Positions 27,944 through 37,838 of a DNA stretch of 64,000 nucleotides are shown piece after piece. The stretch is taken from contig JBBDTI010000013.1 of assembly GCA_040904565.1 (NCBI GenBank), positions 32,001 to 96,000 on the forward strand. Reading direction: 5' to 3'. This stretch comes from Rhodothermales bacterium. Its GTDB lineage: Bacteria > Bacteroidota > Rhodothermia > Rhodothermales > VXPQ01. The position numbers were made by a program, and so were the translations under genes. The notes below the pieces were generated by a model. That model did no database searches, was not told the origin of the DNA, and was given only the letters and a program-made list of their open reading frames with translations. Numbering within the stretch: position 1 is the first letter of the stretch; the number at the start of each line of letters is the position of its first letter.

Positions 27944-28915
27944 CTATTGGAGATACGCATCGACGAGAGCCGCCCGCAGATCGGGCTCCGAAACAACCGC
28001 AAGCTGGAGGTTCGTCCGGAGGCCCCGGAGCGCCGCCGCGCGACGGAGTCCGTCGGCGTCGTCACGAAAGAGGACGAGCACGCGGGTACGGATATCGCGC
28101 AGGCGTCCGGACATGCTGCTACCCGGAGCGCCGTCGCGCTGGTGGATGTCTTTCGGAGTACTTTCGGTCGGCTTGCCGTTGCCCAAAATGACGTCATCCG
28201 GATCGATCAGGACCGTCGAACGCACGCGATCGTCGTCGATGCGGTACAGAAGGTCGGCGGACGGAGGTCCGTCGGCGGCGAGGTGGAGGCAATCTACGGA
28301 AAGCTGTTTCAGCAACGCGTCGAAGTCCAACGTCGACTCCGCGTCTATGGTGTAGATCGAACGGCCCGGATGAAGTAGACGGGCAAGCCGTTCGGGATCC
28401 ACGCCGGGTGCACCGTCGAACACATAGACGAGAGGCGGGACGCTGTTGGAGCCCGACGCCGCGTGGATGCGTCGGACGCCGGCGAGGTCACCGGTCGCCA
28501 TGGGTTTAAGGAGGGACGTCTGAGCCTGACAGAACTCGAGGAGCAGGCCGGCGGTTTGTTTCGGATGAAGAAAGAAGATCAGCTTACCGTTCGCTCCCGG
28601 TCGAGGCGCAGGGTCAATCGGATCGTAGCCGGCCTTTCGGGCGCGATTGAACATCGAGTGGATGTCGGCGACCTCGAAGGCGAGGTGGTGGAGGCCGGGC
28701 CCGCGGCGCTCGAGAAAGGAGGCGACGGCGGAGTCCTCGCGAAGCCGCTCCAGCAGCTCGATCTTGGCTGAGGAGCCGGATACGAAGTGCGTTCGGATGC
28801 CATCGGCCTCCAGCGTTTCCGTCGCGTAAGCGTTCTCGCCAAGGAGATCGACCAGTACCTGCAGCAGATCGGCTTCGTCGACTACCGCGATGCCTACGTG
28901 TTCGAGACGACCCAT
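27944..28915 (-). CDS. mce: Methylmalonyl-CoA epimerase fused to a degenerate alpha/beta-hydrolase-like domain
   Basis: N-terminal VOC domain 'EHVGIAV', 'KIELLE', 'FLERRGPGLHHLAFEV.DI', 'PRPGA.GKLIFFLHPK...G.LLEFCQ'; about 190 extra C-terminal aa. Confidence 0.8.
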   Translation of the reverse strand: MGRLEHVGIAVVDEADLLQVLVDLLGENAYATETLEADGIRTHFVSGSSAKIELLERLREDSAVASFLERRGPGLHHLAFEVADIHSMFNRARKAGYDPIDPAPRPGANGKLIFFLHPKQTAGLLLEFCQAQTSLLKPMATGDLAGVRRIHAASGSNSVPPLVYVFDGAPGVDPERLARLLHPGRSIYTIDAESTLDFDALLKQLSVDCLHLAADGPPSADLLYRIDDDRVRSTVLIDPDDVILGNGKPTESTPKDIHQRDGAPGSSMSGRLRDIRTRVLVLFRDDADGLRRAAALRGLRTNLQLAVVSEPDLRAALVDAYLQ

Positions 28916-29058
28916 GACTTTATTGATTTCAGGTGAGGAACGTGGTCTTCAGAAGGCCGAACGGAGCAAGCCTTTCTGTCGTTCGTTCGACCGATTCAGT
29001 TCGTTGGTCATATCCTACCCTTCGAACGACGTTTATCGAAGACGGTCCCGTGGCAAAC

Positions 29059-30036
29059 ATGTCTGAACGCTCACCTGCCCGGCAGGGCTTGACCGGAATT
29101 GGCCTCGCCGACCCGCGGCGGCGGGCGGTGGCGGTCAGCGTCGCCGCGGCGTTTCTCATGCTCGGAGGCAAGCTGACGGCCTACGTGCTGACGGGCAGTG
29201 CGGCGATCTTTTCGGACGCGATGGAATCGGTCGTCCACCTTCTGGCCACGATATTTGTAGGATTCAGTCTCTGGTATTCGTTCCAGCCGCCGGATACGGG
29301 TCACCCGTACGGACACGGGAAGATCGCATATTTCTCGTCGGGATTCGAGGGCGCGCTGATTCTGATCGCGGGAATCGCGATCGTGGTGACCGCGGTCGAT
29401 GATCTCATCCGTGGGCCGAGCTTGAGCCGCCTCGATCTCGGTCTGGCGATGATCGGCGCGCTCGCGGTGGTGAACCTGTTGCTTGGCGTCTATCTGATTC
29501 GGACGGGTAAGCGGTACAATAACCTCGTGCTGATTTCGAACGGGGAGCACGTGCTCACGGACATGTGGACGAGCTTCGGCGTGCTGTTGGGCATCCTTCT
29601 CGTACGGCTAACCGGACTCTCGTGGCTCGATCCTGCCGTGGCCATCGTGGTCGCCGTCAACATCATGTTTGCCGGCGGCCGGCTCGTCAGGCAGTCCGTC
29701 AGAGGCCTGATGGAGCGAGCCGATGATGGCTATACCCGATCGATCCTCGACGTGCTGGAGACCGCGCGGCAGGAAGGAATTATCTCGAACTACCATCAGG
29801 TGCGTCATCGCCGGGTTCACGACCAGCTATGGGTCGAGTACCATCTTCTGTTTCCCGTGGATCTCTCCATTACCAGGGCGCACGATCTCTCACACCTCGT
29901 CGAGGATCGGATCGCCGCGGGGTTCGACGACGATGTATACGTGACCGCTCACCTTGAGCCCGACCATCACGACGACGCGCATCCGGATGGACACGCCGAG
30001 CCCATCGACCCGCTCCGAAACGTGGATCTGCGCTAG
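29059..30036 (+). CDS. Cation diffusion facilitator (FieF-like) transporter
   Basis: 'GS.AIFSDA.ES', 'PPD..HPYGHGK', 'H..TD..TS', 'WLDP', C-terminal 'AH....VE.......HLEP'. Confidence 0.92.
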   Translation: MSERSPARQGLTGIGLADPRRRAVAVSVAAAFLMLGGKLTAYVLTGSAAIFSDAMESVVHLLATIFVGFSLWYSFQPPDTGHPYGHGKIAYFSSGFEGALILIAGIAIVVTAVDDLIRGPSLSRLDLGLAMIGALAVVNLLLGVYLIRTGKRYNNLVLISNGEHVLTDMWTSFGVLLGILLVRLTGLSWLDPAVAIVVAVNIMFAGGRLVRQSVRGLMERADDGYTRSILDVLETARQEGIISNYHQVRHRRVHDQLWVEYHLLFPVDLSITRAHDLSHLVEDRIAAGFDDDVYVTAHLEPDHHDDAHPDGHAEPIDPLRNVDLR

Positions 30037-30196
30037 CCGGTATGGCGGATCGGCGGTATCCAGCTATGGAGCCTACGTATAGTACGTACCGGGCGCGCCC
30101 TCGAAGCGTACGTTGTTGGTTCGATGTCATCGTACAGCAGCCTGCAGCGGCCATCTTACGTTAGGAAAGCCAGAAGAACATTCAGACACCTGAGAT

Positions 30197-31546
30197 ATGA
30201 GCAAGGAGACCCCAGGAGACGCGGACGTATCTGAAGCTAGAGAGGCGGCCTTTGCCCGTCTGATGCGGATCGAGGGGAGCGGGGCGTTCATCGGGCTCGA
30301 CGACGATGAGATGGCGACGGGCGGTCGGTTGCAGAGACAGTCGATGGAATACGTCGCCGGCATCACGCGATGGCGTCGCTGGCTCGATTACCTGCTGGCG
30401 AGGTATTACAACGGTGAATACGACGACATGGAGCTCGGCCTGAAGGTCGTGCTGCGCATCGGACTGTACGACATCCTTTTTCTCCACACGCCGGAGTATG
30501 CCGCCGTAAACGAGGCGGTCGGCCTAGCCAAGCGAAAGATTCGTCGCGGGGCGGGCGGGCTCGTCAATGGCATGCTCCGAAGCGTACTCCGCGACCGGGA
30601 GGAGCTGCCGGCACCCGATACGGACGACGCGGCCGACGATCTGGCGATCCGGTATTCTCATCCGACGTGGATGGTCAGGCGCTGGCTCAAGCGATACGGT
30701 GGGAATGAGGCGGAGGCCTTGCTGCGCTGGAACAACGCGCGACCGGTCTACGGCGTGCGTGTGAACACGCTCAAGATAGACGTGGACGCCTTCCTGGCGC
30801 GGCTCGACGAGGTTGAGGCCGCGTGGGAGGCGGGGGTCTATCTGCCAACGTTCGTTCGGATGCCGAGCGTGCAGCCTCTTCTCGAACACCGTTTCCTGAA
30901 AGAAGGGCTTTGCGCCGTACAGGATGAGAGTGCAGGGCTGACCGTGGCGCTGCTCGATCCGCAGCCCGGCGAGCGCGTCGCGGACCTGTGTGCTGCACCG
31001 GGAGGTAAGGCCCTGTATGCCGCGCAGCGGATGCAGGACCGGGGAGCGGTCGCGGCGGTCGACGTACACGAGGGACGCCTTCGTCTGGCCGGACATTCGG
31101 CGCGCGACCATGGGATCGGCATCATGCAGACGGTCGTATCGGATGCCCGCACGTTCTCAGATGGGTGGACGGGCACGACGGATCGCGTGCTCGTCGACGC
31201 TCCATGTTCCGGTCTTGGCGTGATGTCGAAGCGCGCCGATTTGCGGTGGCGCCGGAGCCCGGGTGACATCGACGATTTGACGCGCCTTCAGGACGAAATA
31301 CTCGATGCGGCGGCTGGACTCGTGCGCCCCGGCGGCGTCCTTGTTTACGGTACGTGCACGATCGAGCCTGACGAGAACGAGCGTCGTGTAGAAGCCTTTC
31401 TGAAGCGGCACACGCATTTCGAACTCGCGGATGCCGCGGAATGGCTGCCCAATGACGTCGTGTCGCCGGAGGGCTACTATGCGTCATTCCCACCGAAACA
31501 TCAGATGGACGGCGCGTTTGCAGCCCGGCTGCATCGCGTGTCGTAA
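30197..31546 (+). CDS. rsmB: 16S rRNA m5C967 methyltransferase (Sun/RsmB)
   Basis: NusB-like N-terminus, 'SHP.W.V.RW', 'VQDE', 'DLCAAPGGK', 'DAPCSG.G', 'Y.TCT...EN', 'DGAFAA'. Confidence 0.93.
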   Translation: MSKETPGDADVSEAREAAFARLMRIEGSGAFIGLDDDEMATGGRLQRQSMEYVAGITRWRRWLDYLLARYYNGEYDDMELGLKVVLRIGLYDILFLHTPEYAAVNEAVGLAKRKIRRGAGGLVNGMLRSVLRDREELPAPDTDDAADDLAIRYSHPTWMVRRWLKRYGGNEAEALLRWNNARPVYGVRVNTLKIDVDAFLARLDEVEAAWEAGVYLPTFVRMPSVQPLLEHRFLKEGLCAVQDESAGLTVALLDPQPGERVADLCAAPGGKALYAAQRMQDRGAVAAVDVHEGRLRLAGHSARDHGIGIMQTVVSDARTFSDGWTGTTDRVLVDAPCSGLGVMSKRADLRWRRSPGDIDDLTRLQDEILDAAAGLVRPGGVLVYGTCTIEPDENERRVEAFLKRHTHFELADAAEWLPNDVVSPEGYYASFPPKHQMDGAFAARLHRVS

Positions 31547-31580
31547 GATTATCGCGTGCTGCATCGCATGTCGTAAGATT
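31528..31580. repeat. 23-bp direct repeat (30-bp period) duplicating the rsmB 3' end
   Basis: GCTGCATCGCGTGTCGTAAGATT (31528-50) and GCTGCATCGCATGTCGTAAGATT (31558-80); 22/23 identical. Confidence 0.85.
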
Positions 31581-31594
31581 TCGGCGAAACGTCG

Positions 31595-32788
31595 CTAGAC
31601 GCCGGGCACCTCGTCTCCGAGCTTCTGCAGCACGAAGAATTTGAGATAGTGCGTTTCGGGCATCGTCGGCAGCACCGGATGATCGGCCGGCTGATAGCCG
31701 CGGTACAGCGTGCGCGTGCGCGATCCGCTGCGCCGCACACTGTATTCCACGGCCTTGAGGAAGTCGGCCTCGTCAACGGCCTGCGAACAGGAGGACGTGG
31801 CCAGTATGCCGCCGGGAGAGAGCATCTGCATGGCCGTAATATTGATACGCTGATATGCTTTCATGGCCTGATCGACCTGGCGTCGGCTCTTCGCGAATCC
31901 GGGTGGATCCAGGATAATGAGATCGTAGGTCTTGCCTGCTTCGGCCATCTCACCAAGTTGTTCGAGCGCATCCGCTTCGATGAATGACATCCTGTCGGCA
32001 AGACTGTTGCGCTCGGCGTTGCGGCGTGCTCGATCGAGTGCTGTAGAAGAGCTGTCGAGCATGTCGACGTGTGTCGCGCCGCCTGCTGCCGTGTGGAGAC
32101 CGAATCCCCCGTCAGCACAGAATACATCCAGCACGCTGCGCCCCGCGGCAAAGCGGCGGACCGATCGGCGATGGTCGCGTTGGTCGAGAAAAAATCCCGT
32201 CTTGGGACCGTGGAGCACATCGACGACGAACGTCACGTCGTCCTCGACGATTTCCACGGGGCCGTCGTAAGAGCCGCGCAGCACGCCCACAGCCTGTTCC
32301 AGACCATCCTTCTCACGCAGCGGTGCGTCGTCGCGCTGTATGATTGCGGTTGGATGGAGCAGGTCCTCAAGCGCGTCGAGCATGCCTTCACGTCTGGCAT
32401 CCATTCCGTAAGACAGTGTGGTCCAGGTAAGCACGTCACCGTACCTGTCGATGATGGTGCCGGGAAGCCCGTCGCTTTCGGAGAACGCGAGACGGTAATG
32501 GGTGGCGTCCCCGTATACCTGACGGCGCAGCGCCAGCGCCCGCTCGATGCGCTGCCGGAAAAACGCGTCGTCGACGGCTTGTCCGGCGTCGGCGGTAAGA
32601 AAACGTACGGCGATGAGCGATTCGTCGTGGTACAGCCCCTTGCCCAGAACATCCCCCGAATGATCCGCGATCTCGACGACGTCGCCGCGACCGGGATCGC
32701 CGCTCTCCTCCGCAATCAGGTTGGCGAAAACCCACGGATGCCCTCGGCGGAGGTACTTGTCCTTATTTTTCTTCAGCGTGATGCGCAT
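31595..32788 (-). CDS. rlmI: 23S rRNA m5C1962 methyltransferase (RlmI-like)
   Basis: PUA 'GHPWVF', 'ESDGLPG.IID.YG', 'KTGFFLDQR', 'VLDVFC..GGF', 'ILDPP.FA', 'DHP...PET.YLK'. Confidence 0.88.
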   Translation of the reverse strand: MRITLKKNKDKYLRRGHPWVFANLIAEESGDPGRGDVVEIADHSGDVLGKGLYHDESLIAVRFLTADAGQAVDDAFFRQRIERALALRRQVYGDATHYRLAFSESDGLPGTIIDRYGDVLTWTTLSYGMDARREGMLDALEDLLHPTAIIQRDDAPLREKDGLEQAVGVLRGSYDGPVEIVEDDVTFVVDVLHGPKTGFFLDQRDHRRSVRRFAAGRSVLDVFCADGGFGLHTAAGGATHVDMLDSSSTALDRARRNAERNSLADRMSFIEADALEQLGEMAEAGKTYDLIILDPPGFAKSRRQVDQAMKAYQRINITAMQMLSPGGILATSSCSQAVDEADFLKAVEYSVRRSGSRTRTLYRGYQPADHPVLPTMPETHYLKFFVLQKLGDEVPGV

Positions 32789-32821
32789 GCATTCGAATCG
32801 TTTCTGTAAAAAGAAGGCTAA

Positions 32822-32917
32822 TTAACACTGTGATAACATCCCGTAGCTTGTCCTTGGGTACGTTCACAGCGATTATATAACGCTGTACTGTAACACTGTA
32901 CGGCAACGCTGTACTGT
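32822..32917 (+). promoter_or_regulatory. Direct-repeat regulatory region (Pho-box-like) upstream of the porin-pst operon
   Basis: TTAACA/ATAACA at 11-bp period (32822, 32833); three 13-bp tandem units AAC(G/A)CTGTAC(TGT/GGC) at 32879-32917. Confidence 0.55.
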
Positions 32918-32942
32918 AGAGCCACCTACCTGGTACGACAAC

Positions 32943-33929
32943 ATGACCGACGCGCCGCATGGTGCGTCGCTGGGCATCGCCGTGTTGCTGTTGGTCGTCC
33001 TGACGGGCGACGCAGCGGCACAGGACGTCGATGTCGGCGGCCGCGTTTACATGGATTATTTTTACCAGTTTTCATCCCCCGTCGACGAGCAGGAAGGCCT
33101 GCACGGTTTTACGTACAGGCGGCTGTATTTGACGACCGACGCGAGGTTGTCGAATGCATTCAGGGCCCGTGCGCGTCTGGAGGCCAATGACGGTACGTTG
33201 GGGGCGAAAGGTCCGGTGCCGTTCGTAAAAGACCTGTGGTTGGAGTGGAATTACGCGGGAGATCACACAGGGACCGTGGGCGTGCAGCCTCCTCCCGTGT
33301 TTCAGCTTGCGGAGGCGGCGTACGGGTACAGAAGCCTGGAAAAGACGGTACTTGACTTTCAGGGGATCAACGGCTCTCGCGATTTCGGCATACGCATGGA
33401 CGGACCGGTCGGTTCGGGAGGTCTGGTGCGCTATGCGCTCATGCTCGCCAATAATTCCGGGACGCGGCCGGAATCCGACGTCTATAAGCGCGGCTACGGG
33501 GAGGTCTCGATCCACCCGAACGAGGCGATGACGTTTTCGCTGAACGCGGACCATTCCGGCTACGGGGACGAACGCAGCCGCTCGAATCGGATCTCGGCAT
33601 TCGGTGGCTACCGGGCCGACGGGGCCGGTGTCGGGGCGCAGCTGTTCTGGTACGAACTGGAATACGCGAGCGGTGATCGGCTTCGGAACGTGGGTGCGAG
33701 TCTATTCGGCAGGCTTCGCCTGAATGCCGATTGGGAGGTCATGACGCGGGTGGACGTCAACCGCGAAACGCCGGCTGCCGGTGACATCGATGAGACGTTC
33801 GTGCTTCTCGGCATCACCTACTTTCCGATCGAGAATGTGCGCATCACCCCGAATATATGGCTGTTCGATTCCGAGACGCTGGCGAGTCCGGATGCGCTGG
33901 CGCGCATCACGGTCGACGTTTCTTTTTGA
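32943..33929 (+). CDS. Phosphate-selective porin-like outer-membrane protein
   Basis: Signal peptide, 'F..RR.YL', 'FVKD..LEW', 'SRD.G', beta-strand pattern, terminal Phe; first gene of the pst operon. Confidence 0.75.
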   Translation: MTDAPHGASLGIAVLLLVVLTGDAAAQDVDVGGRVYMDYFYQFSSPVDEQEGLHGFTYRRLYLTTDARLSNAFRARARLEANDGTLGAKGPVPFVKDLWLEWNYAGDHTGTVGVQPPPVFQLAEAAYGYRSLEKTVLDFQGINGSRDFGIRMDGPVGSGGLVRYALMLANNSGTRPESDVYKRGYGEVSIHPNEAMTFSLNADHSGYGDERSRSNRISAFGGYRADGAGVGAQLFWYELEYASGDRLRNVGASLFGRLRLNADWEVMTRVDVNRETPAAGDIDETFVLLGITYFPIENVRITPNIWLFDSETLASPDALARITVDVSF

Positions 33930-33981
33930 CGGCTAAGATTTTAATGGATACCATATCAGTGATTCTACGGAAGGTAACCTC

Positions 33982-35043
33982 ATGAGCATGACAACGCTTT
34001 CACGGACCGCCCTCGGGGCGCTCCTTCTCCTCTTCTTAAGCGCATGCGGAGGTGGTGAAGCTCAGGAAGGTGAGCTGACCGGCTCGGTTAGCGTAGACGG
34101 ATCCAGCACGGTCTATCCCATCACCGAAGCCGTGGCGGAAGAGTTTATGATCGCCAACCCGCGTGCGCGGGTCACGGTTGGAGTAAGCGGCACGGGGGGA
34201 GGCTTCAGTAAATTTCTTCGCGGGGAGACGGACGTCAACGATGCATCCCGTTCGATCGGACCCAGCGAGATGGCGCTGGCCGCAGAGAACGGTGTCGAGT
34301 ACATAGAGCTGCCGGTCGCCTACGACGGACTGGCCGTGCTGGTCAACCCGGCGATCGATTTCGTCGACTGCCTTACGGTCGACGAACTGGAGGCCGTCTG
34401 GGGAGCTTCGAGCACGATCGACAACTGGAACCAGGTGCGCCCGAGCTTTCCGGATCGGGAGCTGACGCTGTACGGCCCGGGTACGGACAGCGGTACCTAC
34501 GATTATTTCACGGAGGCCATCTTGGGTGAGTCGGGGGCCAGCCGGGCGGATTTCACGGCGAGTGAGGACGATAACGTGCTCGTTCAGGGCATTGCCGGAG
34601 ATCCGAATGCCCTCGGCTATTTCGGCATCGCGTACTATGAGGAGAATCAGGACCGGTTGAAGCTCGTCGCCGTTGACGACGAGGATCCGAGCAATGGGGA
34701 TGGGTGCATCGAGCCGTCGACCGAAACGGTTGGAAACGGAACGTACTCGCCGCTCTCTCGGCCTCTGTTTATTTACGTGCGTGGCTCGGCCGCGGAAGAG
34801 GTGGTAGTGGACGCCTTCGTCGACTTTTACATCCAGAATGCGGGAATGCTGGCCGAGGAGGTCGGCTACATTGCCCTCACGGACCAGGAATACGCGCTGG
34901 TCCAGGAGCGCTACGACCGGCGCATCCACGGGACGATGTTCGGCGGCGAGTCTCAGGTGGGCGTTACGATGGGCGAGCTGCTGCAGCGCGAGATGGAATC
35001 CACACCGGAGTCGCCGCCCGAGCCGGCTTCAGCGGATGAATAG
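33982..35043 (+). CDS. pstS: Phosphate ABC transporter substrate-binding lipoprotein
   Basis: Lipobox LSAC; 'DGSSTVYPI', 'SGTGGGF', 'DSGTYDYF', '[11 protein letters not shown]'. Confidence 0.96.
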   Translation: MSMTTLSRTALGALLLLFLSACGGGEAQEGELTGSVSVDGSSTVYPITEAVAEEFMIANPRARVTVGVSGTGGGFSKFLRGETDVNDASRSIGPSEMALAAENGVEYIELPVAYDGLAVLVNPAIDFVDCLTVDELEAVWGASSTIDNWNQVRPSFPDRELTLYGPGTDSGTYDYFTEAILGESGASRADFTASEDDNVLVQGIAGDPNALGYFGIAYYEENQDRLKLVAVDDEDPSNGDGCIEPSTETVGNGTYSPLSRPLFIYVRGSAAEEVVVDAFVDFYIQNAGMLAEEVGYIALTDQEYALVQERYDRRIHGTMFGGESQVGVTMGELLQREMESTPESPPEPASADE

Positions 35044-35049
35044 CAGCGG

Positions 35050-36009
35050 ATGAATATCGCACCGACACAGCAGAGCACCGGCGGGACGTCGGGCGAGTAC
35101 TACGCGGGAAAGGCGAATCTGTCGGCCAACGTCTTCAGGAGCCCGAAAGAGCGTGCCATCGAGTACGCCCTGGGCTTTTGCGCCCTGATCAGCGTCGTAA
35201 CGACGCTCGGCATCGCTGCGGTTCTCGTCTACGAGTCGCTCAACTTCTTCGCCGAAGTATCGATCATCGAGTTTCTGACCGAGACGCGGTGGACGCCGCA
35301 GTTTTCGGAGAAGCACTTCGGCATATGGCCTCTGCTGAGCGGCACGCTTCTCATCACCGCGATCGCGGCGCTCGTTGCGCTTCCCATCGGGTTGATGAGC
35401 GCGATCTTCATCGCCGAATATTCGCCGAAGCGGTTACGGCAGGTGCTGAAGCCCGGCCTCGAGCTTCTGGCCGGGATACCGACGGTCGTGTACGGTTACT
35501 TCGCGCTCACCTTCGTGACGCCGCTGCTGCAGCCGTTCATTCCCGGGCTGAACGTGTATAACGCGCTGAGTGCCGGCATCGTCGTAGGGATCATGATCAT
35601 CCCGATGGTGGCGTCGCTCAGCGAAGACGCCATCCGGTCGGTGCCCCGCCCGCTGGCCGAGGCGGGCTATGCGCTGGGGGCCACGAAGATCGAGGTGGTT
35701 CTGCGGGTCATGGTGCCCGGCGCGATGAGCGGAATCATCGCCAGTTTCATTCTTGCGCTCAGCCGGGCCATCGGCGAGACGATGATCGTGACGCTGGCGG
35801 CCGGCGCCATGCCCAACCTTACGATGAACCCGACCGAGCCCGTCCAGACGATGACGGCCTTCATCGTGAATGTGAGTCTCGGCGACACGCCGCAGGGGAC
35901 GGTGCAGTTCTACAGCCTGTTCGCGGTCGGACTGGTGCTGTTCCTCATCACCCTGAGCATGAACTTCGTGGCGAACTGGATCATTCAGAAGTATCGAGAG
36001 CGGTACTAG
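35050..36009 (+). CDS. pstC: Phosphate ABC transporter permease
   Basis: 'FGIWPL..GT', 'ELLAGIPTVVYG', 'SRAIGETMIV'. Confidence 0.96.
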   Translation: MNIAPTQQSTGGTSGEYYAGKANLSANVFRSPKERAIEYALGFCALISVVTTLGIAAVLVYESLNFFAEVSIIEFLTETRWTPQFSEKHFGIWPLLSGTLLITAIAALVALPIGLMSAIFIAEYSPKRLRQVLKPGLELLAGIPTVVYGYFALTFVTPLLQPFIPGLNVYNALSAGIVVGIMIIPMVASLSEDAIRSVPRPLAEAGYALGATKIEVVLRVMVPGAMSGIIASFILALSRAIGETMIVTLAAGAMPNLTMNPTEPVQTMTAFIVNVSLGDTPQGTVQFYSLFAVGLVLFLITLSMNFVANWIIQKYRERY

Positions 36010-36012
36010 GCG

Positions 36013-36891
36013 ATGCAGCAGAACGGACAATTCGACGAACGGCTGAAGCAGCGTCGCAGAAAGGGGCTGATTCTGGGCAGCGTGTTTTTCGTCGCGACGG
36101 TATTCGGCCTGGTCGTGCTCGTTACGCTGATCGTCGACGTGGTAATCAAAGGAGCGCAGTGGCTGGACTGGGAGTTCCTGACCAGCTTTCCGTCGAGAAA
36201 TCCGGAGAACGCCGGCATCTACTCGGCTATCGTCGGTTCGGCGTGGATGATCGTTCTGACCGCCCTCATCTCCGTCCCCATCGGCGTGGCCTCGGCCATC
36301 TATCTCGAAGAGTACGCGAAGCGAGGCTGGTTTCTCAAGCTCATCCAGATCAACATCAACAATCTGGCGGGCATTCCATCCGTCATCTTCGGTATTCTGG
36401 GTCTGGCGGTCTTCGTGCGATTGTTTGCGCTTGAACGCAGTCTGCTGGCAGGGGCCTTTACGATGGCGCTGCTAATTCTTCCCATCATCATCATCAGCTC
36501 GCAGGAGGCGCTGCGGGCGGTCCCATCGGGCGTCCGCGAGAGTGCGTTCGCGCTGGGCGCTACGCGGTGGCAGGTCATCTGGAGTCATCTGCTCCCCATC
36601 TCGGCTCCGGGCATCATGACCGGCGTCATTCTATCGTTGAGCCGGGCGATCGGGGAGACCGCACCGCTGATCATGATCGGCGCGCTGACGTTCATCGCGT
36701 TCCTCCCCCAGAGCGCGATGGATCAGTTTACCGTGTTGCCGATACAAATCTTCAACTGGACCTCGCGACCCCAGCCCGAATTTCAGGGACTTGCGGCAGC
36801 GGGGATCATCGTTTTGATGATTGCTCTCTTTATCATGAACTTGAGTGCGATCCTTCTACGAAATTACTTCGAAAGGTATAGGGCGCAGTAA
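36013..36891 (+). CDS. pstA: Phosphate ABC transporter permease
   Basis: 'AIYLEEY', 'NLAGIPSVIFG', 'RAIGETAPL', 'LP.QIFNW'. Confidence 0.96.
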   Translation: MQQNGQFDERLKQRRRKGLILGSVFFVATVFGLVVLVTLIVDVVIKGAQWLDWEFLTSFPSRNPENAGIYSAIVGSAWMIVLTALISVPIGVASAIYLEEYAKRGWFLKLIQININNLAGIPSVIFGILGLAVFVRLFALERSLLAGAFTMALLILPIIIISSQEALRAVPSGVRESAFALGATRWQVIWSHLLPISAPGIMTGVILSLSRAIGETAPLIMIGALTFIAFLPQSAMDQFTVLPIQIFNWTSRPQPEFQGLAAAGIIVLMIALFIMNLSAILLRNYFERYRAQ

Positions 36892-36921
36892 GCCCGCGAA
36901 TCGAATTTGGAACGGACGCTC

Positions 36922-37800
36922 ATGACGGAAAAGACAGCAGCGGCAGGCGATACCGGTGTCGACGTGGAGACGGGCGATTCCTCGCGGGGAGGCGTATCGG
37001 GTTTCAGGAACGACGAAACAGGTGTCATGTCGGGTGACCGGGCACGTGACGTCGCGACGGCCAAGGTGCGCGTCGAAAATCTTGACTTCTGGTACGGGAC
37101 GCATCACGTCCTCAAGAGCATCACGCTGGACGTCCGGGCGAACGAAGTCACGGCGTTCATCGGCCCGTCAGGCTGCGGCAAGAGCACGCTGCTTCGTTGT
37201 CTCAACCGGATGAACGAACTCATCCCGGATACGCGTCTCGAGGGCCGGGTGCTTATCGACGGCAGGGACATCTACGAGAATGCGGACCCCGTGATGGTGC
37301 GGCGTAGAATCGGTATGGTGTTCCAGAAGCCGAACCCGTTTCCCAAGTCCATCTTCGACAATGTCATCTGGGGCGCTCTCGTCAACGGGTACAAGGGCGA
37401 CCGGGACGAGCTCGTCGAGCGGTGCCTGCGGCAGGCGGCGTTGTGGGATGAGGTGAAGGATCGACTGGACGATCAAGCCTACGGGCTGAGCGGCGGCCAG
37501 CAGCAGCGCCTCTGCATCGCGCGTACGCTGGCGGTGCAGCCGGATGTCGTGTTGATGGATGAGCCGGCGAGCGCGCTGGATCCAATCGCCACCGCCAAGC
37601 TCGAGGAAACGATTCTGAAGCTGAAGCAGCGCTATACGATCGTCGTCGTCACCCACAATATGCAGCAGGCCGGGAGAATTAGCGATCGTACCGCGTTCTT
37701 CTACATGGGCGAGCTGATCGAAATGGACGATACGGAGCAGCTCTTCACCCGTCCGAGCAAGAAGCGCACGGAGGATTACATTACCGGCAGGTTCGGTTAG
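36922..37800 (+). CDS. pstB: Phosphate ABC transporter ATP-binding protein
   Basis: 'GPSGCGKST', '[12 protein letters not shown]', '[13 protein letters not shown]', 'THNMQQA', 'YITGRFG'. Confidence 0.98.
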   Translation: MTEKTAAAGDTGVDVETGDSSRGGVSGFRNDETGVMSGDRARDVATAKVRVENLDFWYGTHHVLKSITLDVRANEVTAFIGPSGCGKSTLLRCLNRMNELIPDTRLEGRVLIDGRDIYENADPVMVRRRIGMVFQKPNPFPKSIFDNVIWGALVNGYKGDRDELVERCLRQAALWDEVKDRLDDQAYGLSGGQQQRLCIARTLAVQPDVVLMDEPASALDPIATAKLEETILKLKQRYTIVVVTHNMQQAGRISDRTAFFYMGELIEMDDTEQLFTRPSKKRTEDYITGRFG

Positions 37801-37838
37801 AAGTACCGCGTGGCGCGAAGGAATAACGGGACGAAAAG

